A DNA stretch of 64,000 nt from Flectonema sp. DT1601 (taxonomy: Eukaryota). Below the pieces are notes generated by a model. That model ran no database searches and was not told where the DNA came from. It saw only the letters and a program-made list of their open reading frames with translations. Of this stretch, positions 33,644-45,499 are shown one piece after another. The stretch spans positions 1,054,001 to 1,118,000 of the forward strand of contig OZ025780.1 in assembly GCA_964019425.1 (NCBI GenBank), in the 5' to 3' direction. How positions within the stretch are numbered: the first letter of the stretch is position 1; each line of letters starts with the position of its first letter. The translations under genes and the position numbers were made by a program.

Positions 33644-36600
33644 GAATGAGACACATCGAGTCCAGCAGATCAATTTGGGCTCTGATAGGTTCCTTTTTAA
33701 ATACTACTTTCTTTTCTTTTGTAAGTTTTTATTTATATCTCTTCTTTCCTTATAGCATAGTTATTTGAGGCAGCGTGATTTACTGAAACCGCTGAGTAAA
33801 AACCAAGTATCTTTGCGTTTTTTTCTTTGTTCTCCCCCTTGCACCCTTCAGATGATTTATTTTTATTGATGTACATTATTTCTTGTACTGTGAAAGCATG
33901 TATGGGTGTGTTGGCGCACTCGCATTAAAAAAATTCGAAGGGAAAAAAAAAAAAAAAAAAAACTTCCAATAATTCGCGTCAGATTTAACAATTAATCTGG
34001 ACTTGATTAGGCAAACGTTTTTTTGAAAAAAAAAAAAACAATGAAAATTTTTTAGTCTTTTTGTTCTTTGAAAAATGCGATTTTCTTTTTTTTTTTTTTT
34101 CCCCCGCGATTATGTTGCCCAGCCCCTCTTTGTCCTAACTTTTTTTAAGGATATGCGATCGTTTTTTTTTGTTGTTGTTTGTTTGTTTGTGTTTGCAGTG
34201 TGTCCTGCATAAAGCTGATTCAACCTATTCTATACTCCCAGCTTTTCAGACGGTCCTAAAAGTTTTCTTTTTTTTTTTTTTTCACTCCCACTCAAGAATG
34301 CAGTATCAAACTACCCTTCGCTCCAAAACCGTATTTTAGTTTTAGCCAGTTTCAAGTTGCTTTATATTTAATTATAATATTAAGTTCCACTGCTTGCAAT
34401 TGTTTTTGATCGCGGCACTTATTTTTTCCAACATGCCAGCACTTGCGTTTTTTTTTTTTTTTTTTTCATTGAAATTATTGTAATCAAACGAGGGTGAGAA
34501 CTATTGTCAGTCCGCATTCTACCTTCAGTCATTCCGTAAGGTGGGTCATCGGTGTTGTTGTTTTTTTTTTTTTTTTTTTTTTTTTAAAAGGAGAATTCTG
34601 CTCTTTGAATGTGGCATTGTTTTCTTTGTTTTCTTGTTTTTCCCACTCATGTCAATTGGAGCTTCCTTTTTTTTTTTTTCCCTTCTTTTTTTTACAATAA
34701 AAAATCGGTGTTTTTTTTATCATCTAAAAACACAACCACAGAAAACACCGAACGATGAAAGAGAAAATCTCACATAAATATAACAATAAGAATAGTACAA
34801 AACTAGAGTTGAGTATATGTCTCTTGATCTTGTGTGTGAACCTAACGAAGAGCTTCTCGATTCTTTTGTACATCCACCTAAACTGATATTTCGGTAGACG
34901 CGCCGGCAAACAATTCAATTCAGTTTTCTGCATGACTTCTTTCCCCTACCCTTTTTTTTTTTTTTTTTTATTATCGAAGCTTGTTGTCCTTTGTGCAGTG
35001 TTTTGCAGTATCCTGTATTCTTTTCCCCTCAGTACTCATTTTTTATTGTTTTGCTTATTATTTTTTATTTTATATCAGTTTTTCTTTTTTTTTTTCTTTT
35101 GAGTGTAGTGGTGTCAACAAGTAAATGTTTGAGGACTTAGCTTGTTGTTCGACGTCATTCACTTCCTTTGTGTTTGTCGGAAGAGATTTAATGAGACAAC
35201 TAGTTAGATATAAGAGTAAAGGTAATGAGTTTTCTCTTGCTTGCTTCGATTTATTTATACATAATTGCTGCTTATTATATCCACGTTGCTCATGTAGAAA
35301 ACGATGGGCGGGTTGGAGAAAATAGAAATTCATTTCTGTTTTCGTTCTTCCTTTTTTCTCTCTTCTTCATTAAAGTGCGCGGCTGAAAAAAAAAAAAACT
35401 GAAGAGAGCCGCCAGCTGCACGCACAGTTTTTCTTTTTTCATTCTCGTTCTCATTGGTAATAATGCTTTTAATTTCTCATGCCGAATGACTTTTTAAAAT
35501 ATTCTGTCCACTGAATATGAGGATTGTTCTTCGTCACCAGTGAGAATCGAACTTGACGTACCATATCACAGTTACTTGGGTCCACTCTCCTTTTTTTATA
35601 ACTCAGATTCCAGATCACTCTCTCTCGGACAATCCAGCACTGTTCCAGAGTAGAAGTTGCTAAGGTTGTTATTTTTTATGTTCATTAATCTGATGTAAAA
35701 ATAACAACGCAAACGCTTGTTATAATCAAAAAGGTTCACGTTGGAGCATGTTTTCCTTATCTCTTTTTTTTTTTTTTTTTCTTTTTTCCCTCTTAAATAT
35801 CTCAAAAGAACAACACAAACGTAATAGCCTTGTCTGCTGTGCGTGTGACACTTAGGATAGTCGCTTGAACAATAAAAAAAAAAAAAAAAAAAAAAAGAAA
35901 AACTTTTTTTTTTTTTTTTTTTTTAAAACATAAAAACAAAGACACGATAAATTCACTCCCTTCTCCCGTTTTTATACTTACAGTTTACGAGTTATTTCTC
36001 TCTTTTTTTAAAAAAACTTTTCCTATTGATGACCAATCAGGACTACGATCCGGTTAGATTTCATCAACGAAGAGAGTCATCACAATCCTTCACAGAAGAT
36101 TGAAACAATCGACCCTTTAGTAAGAAAGTTACCACACCGGGTCGCCGCGTCTCAGCTACGTTGGATTGAGTAAACGAATATTCTAAATATTCATATTTCT
36201 TTTTTGTTTTGACTCCCATTCCGAGGTATATTTTATAGAAAAACTTTGTAGGAATTTCTAATAACCCCCCTTTTTTTTTTTTTTTTTTTTTTTTTTGTAT
36301 GTGAAAAAGTCTTTTTAAACCCTCAACTTGAAACCAATAACAAGTATTGGTTTGTTGTGAACATATACTAAGCTGCTCTTGTCTGTCTATGAGAGTTGAA
36401 AAAAAAAAACAGTAGAATTGTTCTTTTTTTTTTATTAGCCGAGGGTGCAAGGTGCTTTTGTTTTTTATTTTGAAATTATGAAGGAAATCCTGTTTGATCT
36501 GCCCTCAATAATTAGAAGATAATGTTGGCGACTATTTTCGGTTTATCAGCTGTTAATGTAACCTGCTATCGGTACACACAGGTTGACTTTAGTATACGTC

Positions 36601-36674
36601 AAGCTTTGGATTTTTTTGATTTTTTTTTCTTTTTTTTTTTTTTTTCAATTTATGTTTTTTTTTTTATTATTATT

Positions 36675-37432
36675 CATAGATGGAAGTGCCCTACAATTTG
36701 GAGGGCGTGTAGGGCGCTTGTAGGGCGCTTTTAATATAAATATTATTTTGGAGGGCGCTTTTTTTTACTTTTTTTATTACTGTAAGACACGGGGACTTAC
36801 ACTGACGCACAAGTATTTTGACGCAGAAGCCAAAAAAATTTTTTTTGACATGCTTGGCAGTCTTTCGAAAAAAAAAAGGGGTGTCAAGGGGTTCGAACCT
36901 GAGACCTCCAGGTCATGGTTCGGAGGTCAACAATGGCAAAAACAATGGGCCACTCCTTGAGAGCTTCCGGGGCCTGCTGCAATCCCTGAAGCTGAAACTC
37001 ATTTCAGTGGACGATGCATCCCAGATCTACAAGGAGCTGATTAGCCCGCAGAATGCACCGAGTCGAATATAGAGGGATTCGAGGAGGGAGAGTGTGTTCC
37101 TGCTAACCTGTTAATAGGCCGGTCTTCACGGTACCCTGTGGGAAAAAAAAGAAGTTTACTGGTGGCAAGTAAACTGATATCCCAGAGACGCATTTGATCG
37201 GGCGAACCGGAGAAAAGTCAAATAAGATGCGATTCGACCTCGCTGAGGGCAGGGGTGTGTCAAAATGAGCTCGGCATTATATTAAATTTAATAAAAAAAG
37301 CGCCCTACGCGCCCTCCAGCGCCCTATTTTGGCCCTATTTTGGCCCTACAATGGCCCTATTTTGGCCCTACAAATTTTTGTGGCTGATTTTCACCAGGCG
37401 CCCTCCAAATTTGGAGGGCACTTCCATCTATG
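36675..37432. mobile_element. Non-autonomous TIR DNA transposon (MITE-like), 758 bp
   Basis: The left end CATAGATGGAAGTGCCCTACAATTTGGAGGGCG matches the reverse complement of the right end, CATAGATGGAAGTGCCCTCCAAATTTGGAGGGCG. Subterminal AGGGCG/(C)GCCCT arrays are present, flanked by ATTATTATT on both sides. No transposase ORF. Confidence 0.9.
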
Positions 37433-38771
37433 ATTATTATTATTATTTTGTCTACGACACAGTTCTTCAGAACACCGACCTTTAAAAAAAAAAAAAAAAA
37501 AAGGATTTTCAAATAGCTTTTACACCCTGTAAAGTAACTAGGGTAGTGACCCTCACACACAAGTGGGTAGGGGACGAACCGTAGGAACTGGCCATAAAGC
37601 TCAAACCCTCGGAGCAACAAGGTATCGAACGACTGGGTAACCCTGTGAGCTTTCTCCTTGACTTCGATAAAAAATAAATAAATAACTGGACTCACCCACT
37701 TAAAGAGACTGGATGACATTACGTCGTTTTCATTTATGTATTTTGTGGTTTTTTTTTTTTTTAAAATTTTTGAAATGGTCTTCTGAAGGACAGTAATAAG
37801 TTATTATTCTTCTTTTTGTTAGTATGAGCGTGCGACAGTCATGCTAGCATGGAGTAGGAAAATATCTCTGTTACCCATATGTGTTAGATAAGAAAAGCTG
37901 TGAACGCTTAGTGAAAATGATATATTATTTTATGAAATGAACAAAAGGTTTAATGATGGTGATTTTATTATAATATTTCAGCTGTTAAAATAAACTGTCT
38001 GACTACTATGGTATGTTTTGTTTATTAGTTGGTCCTTGTCTTCCGTATTGAGTTTGATTGCTTAGACTGTAGGAGTCTTGCTGTCTCGTCAAAGTAACAA
38101 AATGATCACAAAAACTGACGTCGAGCAGTCGCTAACCGAGTCTGAGTTTCCTTCTCGTTGGTGAAAATCCCGACTTGGAAAATATTGCTTGAGAAAAAAA
38201 AAAAAAGAACAAAAAAAAAGAAAAAAAAAAAAAAGAAAAAAGAAAAGAGGAACTCCTCTGTTACAAATGCTTGCGTTTCATTCTATCTATTGTTGTTGTA
38301 GATTTGTATTTATCCTTTTTTTTTTTTTTGAGAATACGCAAACTACAACACTGGTTTTGATGATTTGTCTGCTTTATTCTCTCTCGTCTGTCTTCCTTTG
38401 TTTTTTTTTTTGAGATTAAATCTAGACAACATGTTGCTCAGCAAATGTAAAATTAAAATCAATAATCCAGTTTAGGGATTGATTCCGATGAGTAGCACAC
38501 GACTTTATTATATGTGTGTGCTGACTTTCATTATTATTTTTCTTCTTCTTTCTTGGGGTGCGCACCAACAATACAATCCAATTGGGATTAAATTTTGTAC
38601 TCGTTGCGGCATCGAAGATCTCTGGGCTTACCCCTGAGATGCGTATTGCTGTTTCTTTTCTATCAGTCTTTCAATGCACTGTGTAATTATCGTTTGAGGT
38701 CTTCCATTTAATGATGACAACAAGTAGGATAGGATCATAAAATTAAGATTGATTTTTTTTTTTTTTTTTTT

Positions 38772-38921
38772 GCACCTGACGAAGTCGAAGAAGAAACTAT
38801 TCAGATTAAGAATCCGTTTTACTTATTATGTCAAAAACAAAAAATGTTATCTATTTTTTTCCCCGTGAGCCCGGTATTACTGTCCCTCAATCAACAAAAT
38901 AAGGATTTATTTGAATGGTTT
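38772..38921 (+). repeat. Dispersed hairpin repeat family B, copy 1
   Basis: (T)n-gcacc.gacg.agtcg.agaagaaactattcagatt...ttttccccgtg...tcaac.aaataa...tgaatggttt; matches the copies at 49145 and 63745. Confidence 0.85.
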
Positions 38922-40009
38922 TTTTTTTTTTTTCTTTCGTTTTTTTTTACTCTTCTATGGTTTAGATGAGTTGTTTTGTTCCTCTAATTTCTTATCTCTC
39001 TCTCTCTCTCAAATATATTCTCTTTTTTTTTTTCTTCATTCCTGTTGCGAGTGAATAAGTATCCCGTTGAGTACGGCACGCTAGACGATTGATGGTGTAG
39101 TTAACACTAATTTCTTATTACCCCTACATGATAAATCGTGTTTGTCCTTCTCATAGAGAGTGGATGCTGACGCAAGTTCAATGCAATTGAAATTCTTTCA
39201 TTCCCCTTCTCCCTCTTTTCTTTTTCATGTACCGGAACAAATTACCGATGGTAGTGTTAGCGTCACTCTTTGGGTTGGTTTTAGGTCTGCTTCTTGCCTG
39301 CTGAATAATCGAAGCGATACTTGTCATATATTTACTACGTCAAGTTGACATCTTCTTTTTTAGTGTAAAAATTCCGTTCCTGACACTTTTCGCAACATCT
39401 CTGCGAAGTGTTTTTGTTTTATGATATGGGCCCTAGGATATAGGCCCTCGTATTTTTTTTTTTTTTTTTTTTGGGGGGGGCTTGTTTTCTTTTTTTACAT
39501 GGGAGATATCTATTGTTTGTTATACGAAATAAAATAAATAACGACATCTTATCCCAAAAAAGAAAAAAAAAAAAAAAAAAAATAAAGTCTATTGACCCTC
39601 TGATAAAATAAAAAAAAAAACATTTATTTTGTTAGATTTTCTGGAGTGCTTGACCTTTTAGTCGTCTTTTATTCTTTCCCTTTTAAGCTCTTTTACGAAT
39701 TGTTTTTTGTTGATGTTTTTTTTTGATGAAAAACAACGTCATCTGATTTTCTAAAAGTCTTGCGAATGGGTCATCACCTCATTCCCTATCGTTAGTATCA
39801 TTTCTTTCCGAAAAAAGTAGCACCCTGGAAATGTAGTACTCTTTTTTCTATTTGTACGGTTCGATTAGCTATAGGCGTTTAAGTCAACAAACATCAAAAT
39901 TAACAAAACATTTATTAGCCCCCGCTGCTACGAACTAGCAATTGTTGCTAACAACCTTTTTTTATAAAGAATTTTACTAAGAAATGTTCAGGTTTATTTA
40001 TTTTATAAA

Positions 40010-40530
40010 GATTGTTTATTTCTTGACGAGACTATAGGCGAAACCTGCTGTGTTCATTGTGCCCCGTCAACCGAAGCTATAATAAAACAATCCTAATAAG
40101 ATTGGGAGTCTAATTACGTTGCTGTTGCCTCGTAGCTCAAGGGAGTTAACCCAATGCTCCCTAGTTTGCTGTATCAGCGATGCACAGTACGCAATGTATT
40201 GGACTTCCATCTATCTATCTATCTATCTATCTATCTACACTCTGCGGTATTACATTATACCCTGGTTTTGGTTTCCCAGGTCTCACGATTAATTCATAAT
40301 TGAATAACTCGATTCCGTACTGCACTGAATGACAACACGGAAAAAGAGACATGTATGCAGATAAGTTAGAAACATTGATTATAATGTAGAGAAAGTACGT
40401 CAATTGCAGAGTGTTAGCCTGTATTAACATTTTAGTCACTTGTGTCATGAGTTTTTTAATTTTATTACTGAGCTCTGATACACTACAGAGATTTATATTC
40501 GTATGAACCTAATCAAACAGTCTTCACCCC
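40010..40530 (+). repeat. Dispersed structured repeat family D, copy 2 (contains a 190-bp insertion)
   Basis: Blocks are colinear with 10301-10570, with extra sequence at 40047-40236. Confidence 0.9.
40047..40236 (+). mobile_element. Putative retroposed insertion (SINE or 3'-truncated LINE fragment) with an (ATCT)7 tail
   Basis: Absent from the other family-D copy, which reads aaacct^acactctg. Ends in an ATCT microsatellite at 40209-40236. Confidence 0.6.
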
Positions 40531-42713
40531 CGCTCCCTCTTTACATAAAGACGGCACAGCGGCAATTGAATCGCGTGCGATGATTGCAACTGTTTTTACT
40601 GAAACTATTTATTGGATCGGCTTTTTCCGTTCTACTTGCGTGTTTCTTTTCTTTTCTTTTTTTTTTTTTTTTAAATGTTTCGTAAAGACATTTAGAAACG
40701 TTAAAATAATAAAAGAGGAGGCTTTTCTTTTTTTGTTGTACGGATGTCATGCTGGGTTCTGGGTTTTGGTTTTTCCCTGACTTAAATAAATAAATAAATA
40801 AATAAATAAAAACACTACTTTCACACAATGTGAGTCTTGGTAGTTACTTCAGGTCAGTGTACGTATCTTACTATCAGAAAGTCTTCACGGTTGTTTTGTA
40901 CCGAATATCGTGATTCCCCCTCCTTTTCTTTTTTAATTTTTTCTTTAATATTAATTTGCTTTTGAAGTGTGAAGGAATACTATTTCAAGCTGTAAAGGAG
41001 CTACATGGACCTGTAGTACGTGGCCCCACGTTGATTTTCTTATATTGCAACCGGGTTTGGCCGAACCCTATATTCGTTTTTAGCCAAGTTTCAGGTTGCT
41101 TTATTTTTGATCATAATATCAAGTTACCTCCCCCGCTATTGATTCCCTGGGCTTCGTAAAATAATTTGCTTTTTCTAGCCGCCTCAAATCAGATCAATAG
41201 CTGACTGTGGTTTTAATTCATTTTTTATTTTATTATTTTTTTTTTATTTATCCCCCATATTTCTTTTTTTTTCTTCGTTTATATCTGCGATATTTTTTTT
41301 CTTTTTTGTTATTTTAGTTCTTTCTTTGACTAACGTTTATTTGTTTGGTTCAGAGGTGTAGTTAGAAAAAAAACAAAAAAAAAAACAAGAAAAAAGCGAC
41401 TATCGATATCTCGTTAGTGAACCCACTCACAGATGTGGTGAACAATATGCATCACACAAAGAAAATCCCATTCACAGTTTTGGTATATAAAAAAAAAAAA
41501 AATGATTCTTTCACAACATCAATTTTGTAAACAATAATCAGTAAGCAAATCAATTTTTTTAATATTTTTTTATAAAAGCTTTTTTTTTATTACTTTTTTA
41601 TTATTAAAGTAACCTGTTGGTGAGTTTCATTGCATGACACCAACCTCTCTCTTGTATCTCTCTGTTACAAGAGTCTTTGAGTGTGATTTGTGGCTCAGTG
41701 TCTAGAGAGCAACAACTACAATCGGATCGTATGACTCAGAAATGGAAATAATATTAAATAAGTTAGTTTTTGATCTTTAGCATCTTTTATTCCATTTTTT
41801 TTTGCTTTTTTTTTGCATTTCAACAAAGTATTGTAAGAAAAAAAAAAAAAAAAGAATGTTGGGCAGCACACGTAAACCTCCTTTAGCTTTAAATCTAAAT
41901 CGGTTCACGGGTTTCGTAACACAAACAAAAAAAACATCACAGTTGTTATATTACTATTTTCTGTGTAGTTTTTAAGATAAAGCCAATTCTTTTTTTTCTT
42001 TAAATATACCACTCCTTCGGGGTTTATTGATCGTTTTTTTTTTTAAAGTTTTTTTTTTTTTTTTTTTTTTTGAGAATCTTTGGTTTTTCTCCGTTAGCAC
42101 GCTATGGGGAAAACAAAAAAGTCTCTTATCTCAAAAATTTCAAAAAAAAAAAAAAAAAAAAAAAACCTATAACGATAGGAGGACAGATGTCTAAGGGTAA
42201 TACAAATCTGATTTTCAAATTGCAAAAAAAAAAAGAAATCCTCAAATATTCTAGACGGTACTTTCTAGAACGAATGGAATAAAAACAACAACGATAGGCT
42301 ATTCACTTCAGCCTTCGATTTGTTTTTATTTATTACTTTATTTTTTATTTTTATATATTTTGGTTCCTTTCTATGCTTTCGTTGCTGTGTTCGAATTTTT
42401 CTTTTTTTTTCTTTTATTTTTTTTGTTCACACCGACAAAGAGTTTTTTCTTTTGGCTGAGGACCTACTTTTAATTGTTTTCGTCTTTGCCATCATGCTCT
42501 GAAATTGCTTTGTTGTTTCTTGAACTTATCAAGTCCATCCATGTTATTCAATTCCATGTAGTCAACTCTTTTTATTTATGTTCTCATCGATATTATATCC
42601 TTACTTCTTTTTTAAAGCAGAATGATATTGTTGAAATGCTGAATCTTCAGAGTAGGTAGTCCACTCCTTCACTTCCTTCCATTTGCTACATTAACAGGTT
42701 CCACAACTAAAAT

Positions 42714-42866
42714 ATGAAAACCAGCAACAAAACTAAAGTCAAAGGAAGGTTAGTGCTACTCGCAATGTGGGGAACATTCATTTCTTGCTGGGCATGGAAT
42801 TGGACGACGAATAAGTTGGAATTTGATAACCGAGGAGAGACTGTTGATGAACGACGATACGAGTAG
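42714..42866 (+). CDS. 50-aa single-pass membrane microprotein (below the ORF-track cutoff)
   Basis: Pyrimidine tract ccactccttcacttccttcc, then acceptor-like ttaacag (42697), an in-frame upstream stop at 42708, ATG at 42714 and TAG ending at 42866. Protein: MKTSNKTKVKGRLVLLAMWGTFISCWAWNWTTNKLEFDNRGETVDERRYE (basic N-terminus, hydrophobic/Trp core, charged tail). Confidence 0.7.
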   Translation: MKTSNKTKVKGRLVLLAMWGTFISCWAWNWTTNKLEFDNRGETVDERRYE

Positions 42867-43526
42867 TGACTTTTCTTATAATCTGAAGTAGATCTCAATA
42901 CACGTGATGGTTATTAACAAACTGATGTTTGAAATTATTTTATTATTTTGTTGCCATTCAAAGATGTGACATCTGAGAGCCCCTTCGCTCTTTTAATTGT
43001 TTCTTTTGTTTTATATAATTTCTCGATGGCGTGCATGCCAACCGACTGCGGGATTTACTGCAATCGGTTTTCACACGGGTTTCGCTCTCTACACTTCGAA
43101 GCCTTTCCAACTGACAACCAACACTTACCTTGTGTATATTCTTGTCTGTGGCACAGAAAAAGAATAAAAAAGTTTTTTTTTTTGCTTTTTTTTTGTTGCT
43201 TTAAATCCTTCGCTATGTCTGTGTTTATGTTTAACTGCAATACGTTTAGAGAAATAAACCGATTTGAGTACCTACTCAGGTAGTGATATAATGTGAGAGT
43301 GATAGTTGGTCTGCACACTAACCGTCATCACTAACGTTGTAATTACTGATGTCGTTCGGAATTATTTTCTTCTCTGATTTCAAAGGTATCTGTCAACGTT
43401 TCGAATTGCACACTTTTCAAACAAAGGTGTTGGCTCTGGTTGGAATGTTTATTGAGTTGTTGTTTATTATTATTATCATCACCTTCCATTCCTACGCAGA
43501 AAGTTTTTATTTATATTTTAAAAAAA

Positions 43527-44631
43527 ATGATGTTTTCACTTGTGACAGCATCAGCTCTGTCAACGTGTTTGTGTTCAGACAGTAGCTACTGCGCTCCGTT
43601 AACTACGCCGCTTGCGACTACTGAAGTTCTTGCATTCGCACCCAGAGTAGATGCTTGGAAGGAATACGAAATCGATGCTCTCACAACAATCGTTAAGTTT
43701 GGTAACCTCTCAGATGTACCTGAGCTCGTGTGTGCTGCTCACGCAAAGGGAGTTCGAGTTACGTATTCGACTGCTTTCGATGCTACAAAACTGAACGACA
43801 GTTCTGCCATCTCCGCCTTCGTAAAAGAAGTAACGACAACAGTCTCTGATCTCCATCTTGACGGTTTCAACTTTGATGTCGAACAAAGTACTTCAGACGC
43901 CAAGGGATTGTCTATTCTCGTAAAGAGTGTTTCTGAGTCACTTAGAGCAGCCAATCCTCTCGCACAGATCTCTTTTGATTCAGGTTTGTAATTTAATTAT
44001 TTCAAAAAATATTTTCCTATTCTACCCTTTTATGAAAAAATCATTGACTACTCTAATCACGTAAACAGGTATCTACGGTAACTTACCAGCTGCTTACAAC
44101 TTTAGTGAGATTGCTCCTCACATTGACTTTTTCGTCCCGATGGGATATGATATGTGTTGGGGTACTTCTACTGCAGAACCAAACAGTCCAATTGCTGGAG
44201 TTGAAAAAGGAATGAGCGACTACAAAAACTGGGGATACGCTAACAAGACAGTGTTGGGATTGCCTTGGTACGGTTGGAACTTTCCTTGTACAGAAGCCAA
44301 ACCTTCAGGTGGGTGTCCTGTTGTTAAACCTTTTGCTGGAGCTGCTTGGCAAAAGTGCAACGATGACATCACTGCATTGATAAGTAACGCAACCGTACAA
44401 CCTAAATACACCGATGCAGGAGATGCTGTATTCTTTTCATATGAGTTAGAAGGAGTTCCTCATCAGGTTTACTACGATGACTCTACGACCCTAACTAAGA
44501 AATACAATCTCGTTCCTCAATTCGGTCTTCGCGGTATCGCAATTTGGTATGCTGGCTGCGCTATCAAAAAATCAAATGAAAACACTGCGATGTGGAAGGC
44601 TCTCGCTCAAGTTAAAAATCAACAGCACTGA
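43527..44631 (+). CDS. CTBS: Di-N-acetylchitobiase-like GH18 glycoside hydrolase; exons 43527-43983 and 44069-44631
   Basis: Signal peptide MMFSLVTASALS, LVCAAHAKGVRV, catalytic DGFNFDVE, DFFVPMGYD, VLGLPWYG, HQVYYDD..TL..KY, GLRGIAIW. An 85-nt phase-1 intron GTTTGT...GTAAACAG joins ORFs 43440 and 44140 in frame. Confidence 0.88.
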
Positions 44632-45499
44632 GAGTGACAACAATCTAAAAGGATAATGTTAATTTGATTGTTTTCTTTTTTTTTTAATCTGTCGGAGAAG
44701 TACATAAAACCATATTTTGTCATTAGTCATTTAGCGCTCTTTCCCTGTCGATACCACCGAGTAGTCTGTAAAAGACGACGTGTATCCCCCTTTTTCTTTT
44801 CTTCTATGTTGACCAGCGATGTATTGCGCTGTCCTAAATTTTCGTTTTTTTTTTTTCCCCTTCCTCAGATTCAACACTTTGAATCCAACTGATGGACGTA
44901 TTTCACTCAAAAACTTTGATGTTTTTTGGGTATCTTGACAGCGTGAGTTGGTGCTAAGTTGAACCTGACAATTCTTTTTTTTTTTAAAACTAACGAACAA
45001 CCGAGATTCGAGACAAGCTTTCATTTCTGCTACCTTAGCGCATATCGAAAACGGTTTCTTTATTATTTTATATTTGTACCAATAACGAAATATCCTTTTC
45101 GTTCGTTGTCCTTTTGCGTGTTACAAAACGGGAAACACGTTCCTCTTCTCACGTCACGCAGCTGTCTTGAGAAAAATTCGGAATCGTACTTTTTAGAATT
45201 TAAAAACTGATAAATACTTTTTGATCTTTTCTTGTGTTCTTTTTCTTAATGAAAAGGAAAGCTAACCCGCAGATCACAATCTGTGGCGTTTCTTGTTTTG
45301 TGTATTCGTACTATAAATTTACAGACTCATATCTTCAATACAAACCACCGATAACAATATCACTTCTGGAGGATTGTAAAGACTGATGATAACAAGAAAC
45401 CTTTGATTTTGTTTTCTGTTGTTGATTCATAAAGCTGGTTAGGTTGAGTGATGGCGGCTGTTTATTGTTTCTTTCTAATTAAAGATTATTAATAACAAT

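Noticed and set aside
35530..35590. Minus-strand GTTCGATTC B-box/tRNA-like fragment
   Set aside because: The T-stem does not pair, and no acceptor or anticodon arms can be built.
36029..36173. Short coding-like patch in the gene-poor gap
   Set aside because: Frames are under 40 codons and interrupted, with no recognisable homology.
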